From an uncultured Planctomycetota bacterium (GTDB lineage Bacteria > Planctomycetota > Planctomycetia > Isosphaerales > Isosphaeraceae), in assembly GCA_963845755.1 (NCBI GenBank), contig CAWJTV010000033.1, positions 32,001 to 96,000 of the forward strand: 64,000 nt of DNA, given 5' to 3'. Shown in pieces: positions 1-9,191 of the stretch (the first letter of the stretch is position 1; each line of letters begins with the position of its first letter). The translations under genes were made by a program, and so were the position numbers. Below the pieces are notes generated by a model. The model did no database searches, was not told the origin of the DNA, and worked only from the letters and a program-made list of their open reading frames with translations.

Positions 1-92
1 GAGGTCTTGCCATGCCCCGAGCCGGTCCCTCGCCCGATCCGCTTGCGTTTCTTGCGGCGGTGGATCCCCTTATGGACGTCGTGCAATTGCAT
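1..92 (-). CDS. rplO: 50S ribosomal protein L15, 5' part (runs off window)
   Basis: Manual translation from ATG at 92, overlapping the rpsE stop (TAATG): [30 protein letters not shown], the L15 RxGRGxGSGxGKT motif. Confidence 0.93.
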   Translation of the reverse strand, partial: MQLHDVHKGIHRRKKRKRIGRGTGSGHGKT

Positions 93-607
93 TACAGTTG
101 CACTCCTCGCAGACGAGCGATCTCGTCCTTGGTGCGAAGTTGCGTCAAGCCGTCGATCGCGGCCTTGACCAGGTTGAGCTTGTTGGTCGAGCCGAAGCTC
201 TTGGTGAGGATATCATGGACACCGGCGGCCTCGACCACGGCCCGCACGGCGCCTCCGGCGATGACGCCCGTGCCGGGAGCGGCCGGCATCAAGAGCACCT
301 TGGCCGCGCCGAAGTGGCCGATCACCGTATGCGGGATGGTCCCTCCCCGGAGGTTGACCCGCTTCATTTGTTTGTGAGCGTCCTTGACGCCCTTCTCGAC
401 CGCAGGCGGGACTTCGTTGGCCTTCCCGTAGCCCCAGCCCACCTGGCCGCGGCCATTGCCGACGACCACCAGCGCATTGAAGCTGAACCGGCGGCCTCCC
501 TTGACGACCGCGGCGCATCGGCGGATCGAGACGACGCTCTCGTTCCACTCACCACGGTCGCGGTCACGGTCTCGATCGCGTTCACGTCCCTCGCTCGACA
601 CGGACAA
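92..607 (-). CDS. rpsE: 30S ribosomal protein S5
   Basis: [18 protein letters not shown]...GKANEVP...[12 protein letters not shown]; spc operon position. Confidence 0.98.
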   Translation of the reverse strand: MSVSSEGRERDRDRDRDRGEWNESVVSIRRCAAVVKGGRRFSFNALVVVGNGRGQVGWGYGKANEVPPAVEKGVKDAHKQMKRVNLRGGTIPHTVIGHFGAAKVLLMPAAPGTGVIAGGAVRAVVEAAGVHDILTKSFGSTNKLNLVKAAIDGLTQLRTKDEIARLRGVQL

Positions 608-694
608 GCTCCTCAGACGATGGTCGGTTCGTTTTTCCCTGGTAGACGCACCTTCGCCGCTCCATTCAGGCCCAACGTCCCTGGGTCATCCCGG

Positions 695-1072
695 TCAGAA
701 CTTCAAGCCCGCCTCGCGCGCGGCATCGGCCAGCGCGGCAACGCGCCCGTGGTACTTGTAGCTTCGGCGGTCGAAGCAAATCTTGTCAATACCGGCCTTC
801 TTGGCGCGCTCGGCCACGACGCGGCCGACCAGGGCGGCGGCGGTCTTGTTGCCGCCGTACTTGGCCTGGGCCTTGACATCCGGGTCCATCGAGCTCGCCG
901 AGACCAGGGTCATCCCGGACTGATCGTTGATCATCTGGGCATAGATGTGCTTCGAGCTGCGGAAGACCGCCAGCCGCGGCCGTTCGGGAGTCCCGAACAG
1001 CCGGTTGCGCACGCGCCGTTGCCGGCGAAGCCGGCGGGTCTGCACGAGCTTTTGTTGATTTGCCGTGTTCAC
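695..1072 (-). CDS. rplR: 50S ribosomal protein L18
   Basis: [16 protein letters not shown]...[26 protein letters not shown]. Confidence 0.98.
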   Translation of the reverse strand: MNTANQQKLVQTRRLRRQRRVRNRLFGTPERPRLAVFRSSKHIYAQMINDQSGMTLVSASSMDPDVKAQAKYGGNKTAAALVGRVVAERAKKAGIDKICFDRRSYKYHGRVAALADAAREAGLKF

Positions 1073-1107
1073 GAGACGGTCCTCAATCGGTTTGACTCAA
1101 TCCACGA

Positions 1108-1659
1108 CTACTTCGACCCGAAGGCCTTGCCGGCCTTGCGGCGGACGAACTCGCCCTCGTAGCGAATCCCCTTGCCCTTGTAGGGCTCGGGCGGACGAAC
1201 GTCGCGAACGATCGCCGCGAACTGGCCCACCGCCTGCTTGTCGGGCCCGCTGACGATCACGTGGGTGGCATCCGGTACGGCCACGTTCACGCCCGCCGGC
1301 GCCTCGAGGACGACCTGGTTGGCGTAACCGACCTGCAGCGCCACGGTGTTCGCCTTCTTGAGCTGGGCCTGGTAGCCGACGCCGACGATCTCGAGCTTCT
1401 TCGAGTAGCCGTTGGTGACCCCTTCGACCATGTTGGCCACCAGGCTGCGGGTCAGCCCGTGCAAGGCGCGGTTGAGCCGCTCGTCGTCCTGCCGGCTGAC
1501 CAGGATCTGACGCGCGGCCTGGTCGAACTTGACGTCGATCCCGGCGCGATGCGTGAAGGTCAACTTCCCTTTGGGGCCTTCGATCTGGATCGTCGAATCG
1601 GCGATCGAGACCTTCACCGTGGAGGGCACGGGAACCGGCTTGCGTCCAATCCGCGACAT
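1108..1659 (-). CDS. rplF: 50S ribosomal protein L6
   Basis: MSRIGRKPV...RPPEPYKGKGIRY. Confidence 0.98.
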   Translation of the reverse strand: MSRIGRKPVPVPSTVKVSIADSTIQIEGPKGKLTFTHRAGIDVKFDQAARQILVSRQDDERLNRALHGLTRSLVANMVEGVTNGYSKKLEIVGVGYQAQLKKANTVALQVGYANQVVLEAPAGVNVAVPDATHVIVSGPDKQAVGQFAAIVRDVRPPEPYKGKGIRYEGEFVRRKAGKAFGSK

Positions 1660-1688
1660 GATTCGCTCACTCTCCGCTGGGTCTTGGT

Positions 1689-1762
1689 CCGTTTTCCGTT
1701 TTCCGTTTCCCGTTTTCCGTTTTCCGCAAAAGAGTGTCCACGTACCGAACGCTGAAAACAGG
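1689..1762. repeat. Heptamer array (CCGTTTT)x5 with short degenerate complementary arm, rpsH-rplF junction
   Basis: ccgtttt ccgtttt ccgtttc ccgtttt ccgtttt ccg at 1689-1726; ccgaacg ctgaaaa cagg at 1745-1762. Confidence 0.8.
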
Positions 1763-1773
1763 AGCGAGGCGAC

Positions 1774-2169
1774 CTAGTGAATCATGGCCAGCACTTCGCC
1801 GCCCACTTTTTCGACCCGTGCGCGCCGGTCGCTGATGACGCCCCGGGGCGTGCTCAGGATCTGGATGCCCATGCCCCCGAGGATCGGCTTGAGCTCGCGG
1901 TAGCCCTTGTAGATCCGCCGCCCGGGCTTGCTGATCCGGTCGATCCGGCTGATCAGCCGCTCGCCGTTGGGCCCGTACTTCATGTGCAGGCGAAGCGTCT
2001 TGGCCGGGAGCGTCTCGATTTCCTCGTAGTCCCAGATGTAGCCCTCGTCCTTCAAAACCTGCGCGATGCCACGGCGCATGTTCGAAGCGGGCATGTCCAG
2101 GATCGTGCGCTCGATCCGGACGGCATTGCGGATCCGGGTGAGCATATCGGCGATCGGGTCGGTCATCAT
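1774..2169 (-). CDS. rpsH: 30S ribosomal protein S8
   Basis: MMTDPIADMLTRIRNA...SKPGRRIY...ILSTPRGV; start trimmed to ATG 2169. Confidence 0.97.
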   Translation of the reverse strand: MMTDPIADMLTRIRNAVRIERTILDMPASNMRRGIAQVLKDEGYIWDYEEIETLPAKTLRLHMKYGPNGERLISRIDRISKPGRRIYKGYRELKPILGGMGIQILSTPRGVISDRRARVEKVGGEVLAMIH

Positions 2170-2175
2170 GGCTTC

Positions 2176-2297
2176 GTGGTCACTAATCAGTGGTCCGTGG
2201 TCGGTGGCGTGATTCGTCGAGCCCCGGGCACAGGGCATCGGGAGAGACCGGTTTGGTCCGTATCCCGGATGCCCGGCGCCCGGAGCCCGGCGCCCGA
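2176..2297. repeat. Heptamer arrays (GTGGTCN; inverted CCGGGCA / NGCCCGG), rpsN-rpsH junction
   Basis: gtggtca..gtggtcc gtggtcg gtgg at 2176-2207; ccgggca cagggca tcggga ... tcccgga tgcccgg cgcccgg agcccgg cgcccga at about 2224-2297. Confidence 0.7.
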
Positions 2298-2302
2298 TGA
2301 AA

Positions 2303-2488
2303 CTACCAGCTTGCCTTCTTCACTCCCGGAATCAGTCCGCGGCTGGCCAGGTTCCGGAAGCAGATCCGGCAGATGCCGAATTTGCGATAGAAGCCACGAG
2401 GACGTCCGCAGAGACGGCACCGATTGCGATGCTGAACCGCAAACTTGCGCGGCGTCTCCGACTTGATCTTCTGGGCCTTGGTCAACAT
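2303..2488 (-). CDS. rpsN: 30S ribosomal protein S14, short zinc-binding (type Z) form
   Basis: 61 aa MLTKAQ...[24 protein letters not shown]...GVKKASW; two CxxC. Confidence 0.96.
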   Translation of the reverse strand: MLTKAQKIKSETPRKFAVQHRNRCRLCGRPRGFYRKFGICRICFRNLASRGLIPGVKKASW

Positions 2489-2600
2489 GCTCGGCTCACC
2501 CACCACTGGAAAAGACGATTCGGATCTCCGGTTTCGACTCGGCTGGGACGGCTTCACTCGCTCACCGATGCCTCGACGAGGGATGCGGCGGCGTAAGGAT

Positions 2601-3158
2601 TCAATGCGTTGTCTTGGCCGGCTGGCGGAACGGCAGCCCGAATTGCCGCAGCAGTTCGCGAGCCTGGTCATCATTCGGGGCCGACGTCACGATGGTGATG
2701 TCCATCCCGTGCGTGTGCTGGATGCGGTCGGCGTCGATCTCGGGAAACACGACCTGCTCGGCCAGGCCCAGGCTATAGTTGCCGTGGCCGTCGAAGCTAT
2801 TGGGGTTAACGCCGCGGAAGTCGCGGATACGCGGCAGGGTGATCGAGATCAGGCGATCAAGGAACTCGTACATCCGCCGGCCGCGGAGCGTCACCTTGCA
2901 CCCGATGTCGTTCCCCTCGCGGAGCCGGAAGCCGGAGACCGAGGTCTTGGCCTTGGTCACGACCGGCCTCTGGCCGCTGATCTTACTCAGGCTGTTAACG
3001 GCCGATTCCAGGATCGCCTTGTCCTGAGTCGCCCGGCCGACCCCCATGTTGATGACGATCTTCGACAGCTTCGGGATCGCCATCGGGTTGTCGTGGCTGA
3101 ACTTGGCGGCCATCGCCTTGGCGATGTCTTTCTTGTAAAGTTCCAACAGGCGAGCCAT
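2601..3158 (-). CDS. rplE: 50S ribosomal protein L5
   Basis: KIVINMGVG...GCKVTLRG...LPRIRDFRG...FPEID. Confidence 0.98.
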   Translation of the reverse strand: MARLLELYKKDIAKAMAAKFSHDNPMAIPKLSKIVINMGVGRATQDKAILESAVNSLSKISGQRPVVTKAKTSVSGFRLREGNDIGCKVTLRGRRMYEFLDRLISITLPRIRDFRGVNPNSFDGHGNYSLGLAEQVVFPEIDADRIQHTHGMDITIVTSAPNDDQARELLRQFGLPFRQPAKTTH

Positions 3159-3321
3159 TCGTCTTGTCCTTCAGCACGTCCCCGGCGACCACCGCGCCCT
3201 GTCCCTAACCCCCGCTTCCCGCGCTTGCCAACCGTCACGATCGGATCGGTCTTCGGTCTGACGTTTACTCAATCCTCCGGGAAGGCGAGGCTTTCCCGGC
3301 GGCTCCTCTCCCGGGCCCCGA

Positions 3322-3720
3322 TCACGAGGAGCGGGCCGTGGTCTTGGTCTTGGTACTGGTCTTTACGGCGTGGGCCGGCTTGCGTGGGCCGAGGTTGCCC
3401 AGGCCGCCGCCACACGACTTGCAATAGCGCTGCTTCTGTCCGTCGTCGGTGAATCGATGGCCGATGCGGACCCCACGAGTGCACTTGGAGCAGAACAGAA
3501 GGACGTTGGAGACGTCGATCGGCATCTCCTTGGAGAGACGGCCGCCCTGGGGGTTCTTCTGGCTGGGCCTCATGTGCTTGTAAACCCGATTGACCCCCTC
3601 GACGACGATCTTGTTTCGCTCGGGGAGGACGCGGAGCACCTTGGCGATCTTTCGATCCTTCGGGGTCCCCTTGTCATCGCCTGCAATCACTTCCACCTGG
3701 TCATCTTTGCGAATGTGCAT
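3322..3720 (-). CDS. rplX: 50S ribosomal protein L24
   Basis: MHIRKDDQVEVIAGDDKG...VVEGVN...EMPIDVSNV; CSKC/CKSC. Confidence 0.97.
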   Translation of the reverse strand: MHIRKDDQVEVIAGDDKGTPKDRKIAKVLRVLPERNKIVVEGVNRVYKHMRPSQKNPQGGRLSKEMPIDVSNVLLFCSKCTRGVRIGHRFTDDGQKQRYCKSCGGGLGNLGPRKPAHAVKTSTKTKTTARSS

Positions 3721-3728
3721 GGTCCGTT

Positions 3729-3890
3729 GTCCTTGACTCCTGGGTCCCCAAGTCGCTGGATCCCTGGTGTTGTGAAGCCGAGTTGTTGCGGTTCGTCCTC
3801 GGTTTGGTCGGAGCCTCGTGCCTGCCCCCAGTCAAAACGCAAACTTCAGATAAGGCCACCCAGGACCCAGGGACTCAAGATCTCAAGAAG
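3729..3890. repeat. Inverted ~8-mer arrays, rplN-rplX junction
   Basis: gtccttga ctcctgg gtccccaa gtcgctgg atccctgg ... ccaggac ccagggac tcaagatc tcaag. Confidence 0.6.
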
Positions 3891-3895
3891 CGACG

Positions 3896-4276
3896 TCAGA
3901 CGACCTCGGCCGCCAAACTGATGATCTTCATGAACTGGCGGTCGCGCAATTCCCGGGCGATGGCGCCGAAGATGCGCGTACCACGCGGGTTCTTCTCAGC
4001 GTCGATCAGGACGACGGCGTTGCGATCGAATTTCACGTAGGACCCATCGCCGCGCCGCGTCTGGTTGCGCGTGCGGACGACGACGCATCGCACGACGTCG
4101 CCTGCCTTCACATCGCCGCCGGGCGTGGCCTTCTTGACGCTGGCAATAATCGTGTCGCCCAGGCCCGCGGTCCGCCGCTTGTAGCGCGAGGCGCTACCGC
4201 CGAGGACCTTGATGCACATAACTTCCTTGGCCCCCGTGTTGTCGGCCACGTCGAGCCGCGTCTGCATTTGGATCAT
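3896..4276 (-). CDS. rplN: 50S ribosomal protein L14
   Basis: [17 protein letters not shown]...GTRIFG...[10 protein letters not shown]. Confidence 0.98.
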   Translation of the reverse strand: MIQMQTRLDVADNTGAKEVMCIKVLGGSASRYKRRTAGLGDTIIASVKKATPGGDVKAGDVVRCVVVRTRNQTRRGDGSYVKFDRNAVVLIDAEKNPRGTRIFGAIARELRDRQFMKIISLAAEVV

Positions 4277-4286
4277 GATTCTGCCG

Positions 4287-4431
4287 GTGGCTAGTGGCTA
4301 ATGGCTAGGAAAGACCGGGCGACAGCGAGAGGCTACTGTGATGGCGGCTGGCAGCGAGGGCGGAAATCGACCGGAGCGGACTGTCTGTCCCGCCCTGGAC
4401 CGGCGACTCGCCAGTCTCCTCGCTAGCCACT
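4287..4431. repeat. Heptamer array (GTGGCTA)x3 with complementary arm overlapping the rpsQ stop
   Basis: gtggcta gtggcta atggcta g at 4287-4308; ctagccact at 4423-4431. Confidence 0.7.
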
Positions 4432-4749
4432 GCCGCTGTCCTCACCGGCGAGGGCCTGCTGGGCGCCGGGCCGGACGATCCGGACGATCCGCCATCGCTT
4501 GAGCTTCGACAGCGGGCGGGTCTCCATGATCTCGACCAGGTCCCCGATATGCGATGCGTTGGTCTCGTCGTGCGCGTGGCAGACCGTTCGACGGCGGAGC
4601 AACTTGCCGTATTTCGGATGCGGCACGAGCCGCTCGACGACGACCCGCCGCGTCTTGTTCATCTTGTCGGAGGCCACGAATCCGATCTCCGTCTTGCGGC
4701 GGGAGCGGGGCGTGGCCGACGGGCTGCGAGCTGGGCTTGCTGGACTCAT
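4423..4749 (-). CDS. rpsQ: 30S ribosomal protein S17
   Basis: SDKMNKT...HPKYGK...AHDE...[11 protein letters not shown]. Confidence 0.97.
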   Translation of the reverse strand: MSPASPARSPSATPRSRRKTEIGFVASDKMNKTRRVVVERLVPHPKYGKLLRRRTVCHAHDETNASHIGDLVEIMETRPLSKLKRWRIVRIVRPGAQQALAGEDSGSG

Positions 4750-4780
4750 CGGGTTCTCTCAAGGGACGGTGCCGTCGTAT

Positions 4781-5014
4781 TCAACGCGCGGGTGCGCCGG
4801 CCGGGACGCTCCGTTCGCGCCCGATCTCACGCTCGCGGAGGATCGTCTTGATCCGGGCGACCTCGCGCTTCGCCTTGACGATCTCGCTGGGCGCCTCGAG
4901 CCGCTCCGTCTCGCTCTGCAAGCGGAGGCGGAACAGGTTGTGCTGAACTTCGCGGAGCAGCAAATCGAGCTGCTCGTCGGTCTGATCGCGGAGCTCGGCG
5001 GGTTTGCTCATCAC
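4781..5014 (-). CDS. rpmC: 50S ribosomal protein L29
   Basis: KPAELRD...LFRLRLQ...KREVARIKTILRE. Confidence 0.96.
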   Translation of the reverse strand: MMSKPAELRDQTDEQLDLLLREVQHNLFRLRLQSETERLEAPSEIVKAKREVARIKTILREREIGRERSVPAGAPAR

Positions 5015-5038
5015 ATGTTCCTCACGAGTGAACGGCCT

Positions 5039-5458
5039 TCAAACGGTTGGCCGGCGGGTGACGAATCGGCAGTGGACCGGCATCTTGTGGGCGACTCGGG
5101 CGAAGACCTCGCGGGCGGCTTCCTCGCTCAGGCCGGTGACCTCGTACAGGATCGTGCCGGGCTTGACCACGGCGGCCCAGAATTCGACCTCACCTTTCCC
5201 CTTGCCCATGCGGGTCTCGGCCGGGATGGCCGTCACGCTCTTGTGGGGGAAGATCCGGATAAACAACTTACCGCCTCCCTTGACGGCCTGGCTGGCCACA
5301 ACGCGGCCGGCCTCGATCGTCTGGGCGCTGATCTTTCCCGACTCCAGCGACTGGAGCCCGAACTCGCCGAAGGACACGTAGTTGCCGCGGGTGGCGTTAC
5401 CTCTTACGCGGCCTTTTTGGCTTTTTCGATACTTGACCCGCTTGGGCATCAGAGCCAT
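5039..5458 (-). CDS. rplP: 50S ribosomal protein L16
   Basis: LMPKRVKYRK...IRIFPHK...RMGKGKG. Confidence 0.98.
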   Translation of the reverse strand: MALMPKRVKYRKSQKGRVRGNATRGNYVSFGEFGLQSLESGKISAQTIEAGRVVASQAVKGGGKLFIRIFPHKSVTAIPAETRMGKGKGEVEFWAAVVKPGTILYEVTGLSEEAAREVFARVAHKMPVHCRFVTRRPTV

Positions 5459-6098
5459 CGCCGGCCTCCGCTTTCAGATAGTCGCCTTGGTTGACCCATA
5501 CTTTGATTCCGATATGGCCCTGTGCCGTCTTGGCCTCGGCGAACCCGTAGTCGATCCGGGCTCGGAGCGTGCTCAGGGGGACGGACCCCGCAGCCGCCGA
5601 TTCGGTCCGAGACATCTCGGCGCCGCCGAGCCGGCCCGCGAGCTGAATCTTCACTCCCTTGGCGCCGCCGTCCATGGTCTGCTCGATCGATCGCTTCATG
5701 GTCCGGCGGAAGCTCGACCGTTTCTGGAGCTGTTCGGCGATGTCCTCGCTGATCAGTTGCGCGTCGATCTCGGGCCGGGCAACTTCCACGATCTTGATCT
5801 CGATCCGGCGGCCGGTCAGGCCTTGCAATTCCTCCTGGAGTTTTTCGACCTCCGCGCCCTTGCGGCCGATGATCACGCCGGGGCGGGCCGTCGAGAGCAG
5901 GACCGTCACCGCATCGCGAGTCCGCTCGATCTCAATCTTGGGAATCCCGGCAAAGCCGTACTTCTTCTTGATGTAGGCACGGATCTTGAAATCTTCGACC
6001 AGCAGATCGCTGAATTCGTGCTTGGAGGCGTACCAGCGGCTTCGCCAGTCCTCCATGACTCCGACGCGAAAACCGGTCGGACGAACTTTTTGACCCAT
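5397..6098 (-). CDS. rpsC: 30S ribosomal protein S3
   Basis: MGQKVRPTGFRVG...TARPGVIIGRKG...GRLGGAEMSR...VPLSTLRA; 3' end overlaps rplP by 62 nt. Confidence 0.97.
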   Translation of the reverse strand: MGQKVRPTGFRVGVMEDWRSRWYASKHEFSDLLVEDFKIRAYIKKKYGFAGIPKIEIERTRDAVTVLLSTARPGVIIGRKGAEVEKLQEELQGLTGRRIEIKIVEVARPEIDAQLISEDIAEQLQKRSSFRRTMKRSIEQTMDGGAKGVKIQLAGRLGGAEMSRTESAAAGSVPLSTLRARIDYGFAEAKTAQGHIGIKVWVNQGDYLKAEAGDGSDAQAGQVSKKPKRPRKR

Positions 6099-6203
6099 GG
6101 ATCTTCGCTCCTCTTGCCTTCCGCCTGGGGGAATTCGCCCGAAACGGCCGGATCGGGGGAAGGGCCCCCACAGCCCTGCCGGAATCTCCCCAGCAGGGGA
6201 AGA

Positions 6204-6600
6204 CTAAACGCGGCCGGACGCTCCGGCAGCCTGTTCTTGTTCGGATTTCCAGTTCGCCGGATCGGAAAGCCCGATCGCGATGTGTCGCCGAGCGGCGGCG
6301 GATCAGGTACGCCATTCCGCGCGCCCGGGGCATCAACCGCTTGAACATGGGTCCGCCATCGCCGCGAGCATCGACGACGACCAGTTCGCCGACGTTCCGA
6401 ATCCCTTTGTCCTCGGCGTTGGCCATGGCGCTCTTGAGCACCTGCTCGATCAACCGGGCACCGCGATGGGGCATGTACTTCAACACGTCCAAGGCGTCAT
6501 CGGCAAAGTGACCCCGGATCAGGTCCAGCAATGGCCGGAGCTTCCGCACCGAGATCCGGGCGAAGCGGTGCGACGCATGATAGTCGATAGTGGGGGTCAT
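6204..6600 (-). CDS. rplV: 50S ribosomal protein L22 (frameshift near 6285, probably a sequencing error)
   Basis: ARISVRKLR...LKSAMANAE...GPMFKRLMPRARG...RRRSA; other frame continues HIAIGLSDPANWK...GRV to TAG at 6204. Confidence 0.93.
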
Positions 6601-6617
6601 GACTCTTGTCTCTCTAA

Positions 6618-6715
6618 CAGTAGGCAGCAGGCAGTAGGCAGTAGGCAGTCAACAGGAAAACCAGCACAGGCGGTCAGGGAGTTCCTCGTTCCTACTGACC
6701 ACTGACCACGGGCTA
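6618..6715. repeat. Inverted heptamer arrays (CAGTAGG / CCTACTG-CCACTGA), rpsS-rplV junction
   Basis: cagtagg cagcagg cagtagg cagtagg cagt ... cctactg accactg accacgg gcta. Confidence 0.8.
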
Positions 6716-7000
6716 CTTCTTGGGTCCGGACGACTTCGAGGCCTTGCCGCCATGGCCTTTGAACGTACGGGTCGGGGCGAACTCGCCGAGCTTGTGCCCG
6801 ACCATATCCTCCGTCACATACAGCTTGATGAAGGCCCGGCCGTTGTGGACCGCGAAGTGCTTGCCGACGAATTCCGGCACGATGGTGCAAGCCCGCGCCC
6901 AGGTCTTGATCGGCTCGCGGCTCCCGGAGGACTCGGTCCTCATGACCTTCTCGAGCAGCCGCTCGACGACGTACGGGCCTTTTTTCAGTGAACGTCCCAT
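6713..7000 (-). CDS. rpsS: 30S ribosomal protein S19
   Basis: [11 protein letters not shown]...IKTWAR...[13 protein letters not shown]. Confidence 0.98.
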   Translation of the reverse strand: MGRSLKKGPYVVERLLEKVMRTESSGSREPIKTWARACTIVPEFVGKHFAVHNGRAFIKLYVTEDMVGHKLGEFAPTRTFKGHGGKASKSSGPKK

Positions 7001-7010
7001 GAATGGATCC

Positions 7011-7146
7011 CAGTAGTCAGTAGTCAGTTATCGGTAGTCAGTCGTCAGTTATCAGTAGTCAGTTGTCAGATTCCCTGAAGGCGTCACCGAGGCGGTCATG
7101 TCGGATTAATCTTCACTGACTACTGGCCACTGACGACCGACTACTA
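7011..7146. repeat. Inverted heptamer arrays (CAGTAGT)x8 / (ACTACTG)x~4, rplB-rpsS junction
   Basis: cagtagt cagtagt cagttat cggtagt cagtcgt cagttat cagtagt cagttgt ... cactg actactg gccactg acgaccg actacta. Confidence 0.88.
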
Positions 7147-8004
7147 CAACTTCAGTTGGCCGTAGCGGACGCTACGGCGACGGCGGATGATCGCCTTGTT
7201 CGAGGGCTTGCGGCGCCGACGGGTCCTGCCGCCCTTGGCCAACTTACCGGTTGGCGAACAAGGATGGCGTCCGCCGGAGGTCCGTCCTTCACCACCGCCC
7301 ATGGGGTGATCGACCGGGTTCATCGCGACGCCGCGGACATGGGGCCGCCGGCCCAGCCACCGGGATCTCCCGGCCTTGCCGAGCCGGACATTCATGTGAT
7401 CGGGGTTCCCGACCATCCCGATCGTGGCCCGGCACGCGGCCGGAATCCGGCGCACTTCTCCGGAAGGGAGGGTGATCTGCGCCCACGACCCCTCTCGGGC
7501 CGTCAGCACCGCGCCGACCCCTGCGGACCGGCACAGTTTGCCCCCTCCGCCGGGCTGCATCTCGAGATTGTGAATCGTCAGGCCCGTGGGGATCTTCGAG
7601 AGCGGCAGGCAGTTGCCGACCTTGGGCTCGGCGTCCGGACCGCTGGTGAGGATCATCCCCGCCTTCAGGCCATCCGGCGCCAGGAAATACCGCTTCTCGC
7701 CATCCTCGTACCGGACCAGGGCAATCCGGGCGGATCGATTCGGGTCGTACTCGATATGCGTCACGGTCGCGGGCTGGCCGTCGCGATCGTTGCGCCGCCA
7801 ATCGATGATCCGATACTTCCGCTTGTGTCCACCCCCGCGGTGTCGCGCGGTGATGAAGCCCTGGTTGTTCCGGCCCCCGGTCTTCTTGAGGGGCTCGGTC
7901 AGGCGCTTCTCGGGCTTCTTGTTCTTGTCAGTCAGCTCGGCGAAGTCGCTGACCGAGGAGTTGCGCCGTCCGGCGCTGGTCGGTTTGTAAGTGCGAATGC
8001 CCAT
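7144..8004 (-). CDS. rplB: 50S ribosomal protein L2
   Basis: GGRNNQG...[12 protein letters not shown]...[12 protein letters not shown]...[17 protein letters not shown]. Confidence 0.99.
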   Translation of the reverse strand: MGIRTYKPTSAGRRNSSVSDFAELTDKNKKPEKRLTEPLKKTGGRNNQGFITARHRGGGHKRKYRIIDWRRNDRDGQPATVTHIEYDPNRSARIALVRYEDGEKRYFLAPDGLKAGMILTSGPDAEPKVGNCLPLSKIPTGLTIHNLEMQPGGGGKLCRSAGVGAVLTAREGSWAQITLPSGEVRRIPAACRATIGMVGNPDHMNVRLGKAGRSRWLGRRPHVRGVAMNPVDHPMGGGEGRTSGGRHPCSPTGKLAKGGRTRRRRKPSNKAIIRRRRSVRYGQLKL

Positions 8005-8015
8005 CGCTGATTCCT

Positions 8016-8085
8016 TGAGTTTCCGGTTGTCGGTTGCCCGAGAAGGACTGTCTTTTCCGAGGGAGGACTGCCAACTGGCAACTCA
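8016..8085. repeat. Inverted heptamer arrays, rplW-rplB junction
   Basis: tgagttt ccggttg tcggttg ... actgc caactgg caactca; the last arm contains the rplW stop. Confidence 0.7.
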
Positions 8086-8412
8086 ATAAAAGTCAATCCG
8101 GTATTCTTCATGGAGTGTGACAATGGCTTTTCGCCATCGCCGCATCCAGCCGATCTTCAGTCGATAGCGGCGGGGCTTGCCGCGGCGATTCTGGGTCCGG
8201 ACATCCTGGACCTTGACGTTGAAGAGGGTCTCGATCGCCTCTTTGATCTCGGTCTTCGTGGCCAGGAGGTTGACCTCGAAGGTGTAGGCGTTATGCCGCT
8301 CCGAGAGATGCGTGGCCTTCTCGGTGATCAGGGGCCGGAGGATGACCTGGTACGGCTCCAGCACCGGTCCTCGTCGACGTTGGACTTGAGGGGGGCGACG
8401 CAAGGTGACCAT
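8083..8412 (-). CDS. rplW: 50S ribosomal protein L23
   Basis: ILRPLITEKA...YTFEV...ATKTEIKEAIETLFNVKV...WRKAIVTL. Confidence 0.97.
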   Translation of the reverse strand: MVTLRRPPQVQRRRGPVLEPYQVILRPLITEKATHLSERHNAYTFEVNLLATKTEIKEAIETLFNVKVQDVRTQNRRGKPRRYRLKIGWMRRWRKAIVTLHEEYRIDFY

Positions 8413-8415
8413 GGA

Positions 8416-9168
8416 TCAGCTCTCCGTGGAGGCGGCCGCGCCGGCCGCATCGGTGCGCCGGGACGGCTTCTGCTTGACCTGTTCCTTGAGGGTCGCGAGG
8501 GCCTCGCGAGTCAGGACCAGGTAGCGTTGCCTGAGGATATCGTAGGTGTTGAACTCCGCCACCGGGGCGACCTTGACGCCGTCGAGATTGCGGGCGCTGC
8601 GGTGGACGACCGGGTTGTGGGTCGGCAGGCCCAGGAGGATCGAACGCCGCTCGAGGGTCCGCTTCCGGGCCTGGTTCTTGGTCTCGCCGACGGCCTCAGT
8701 GGCCTCGGCCTCGCTCATGTCGGGCCGGCGGATCGCGCGGAGCGCCAGGGCGACCGTCTTGGTCTTGGGCTGATTGAGCGCCAGGCCGTCGAGCACCAGG
8801 GCCTGATGATCCTGGAACTTGGAGAGCAGGGCCATGCGCACGGCCGTCCGGACGGCCTTCTTCGGCATCGAGTACCGATAGTCACGGTTGCGTCGGGCGA
8901 AGGCCGCGCCGCCGCCCTTCCGCTTGTGTGTCCGCTTCGAGCCGGCGCGGGCGTTACCCGTCCCTTTCTGGCGGAACAGCTTCTTCCCCGAGCCCGCGAC
9001 ATCGGCCCGACCGCGCGTGTTGACCGTCCCGACACGCCGCGCGGCCAGGTGCATCAGCACCACGTCGTGGAGCAGTTGCTTGTTGACCGTACCGCCGAAA
9101 TCGGCCGGATCGATCGACTCCTCGCCGATCTGCTCGCCAGCAGGGTTGTACACGGGTATCGTTAGCAT
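8416..9168 (-). CDS. rplD: 50S ribosomal protein L4
   Basis: RADVAGSGKKLFRQKGTGNARAG...SARNL; start at MLTIPVYN (9168). Confidence 0.97.
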   Translation of the reverse strand: MLTIPVYNPAGEQIGEESIDPADFGGTVNKQLLHDVVLMHLAARRVGTVNTRGRADVAGSGKKLFRQKGTGNARAGSKRTHKRKGGGAAFARRNRDYRYSMPKKAVRTAVRMALLSKFQDHQALVLDGLALNQPKTKTVALALRAIRRPDMSEAEATEAVGETKNQARKRTLERRSILLGLPTHNPVVHRSARNLDGVKVAPVAEFNTYDILRQRYLVLTREALATLKEQVKQKPSRRTDAAGAAASTES

Positions 9169-9191
9169 GATTCTTACTCTTCGCTCGCGAC

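Noticed and set aside
7011..7146. Possible CRISPR array
   Set aside because: Units are 7 nt and contiguous with no unique spacers; no cas genes in the window.
98..9165. Long plus-strand ORFs (e.g. 98-1162, 2445-3452, 4499-5494, 8110-9165)
   Set aside because: Antisense shadows of ribosomal protein genes, expected from high-GC codon bias; no recognisable motifs.
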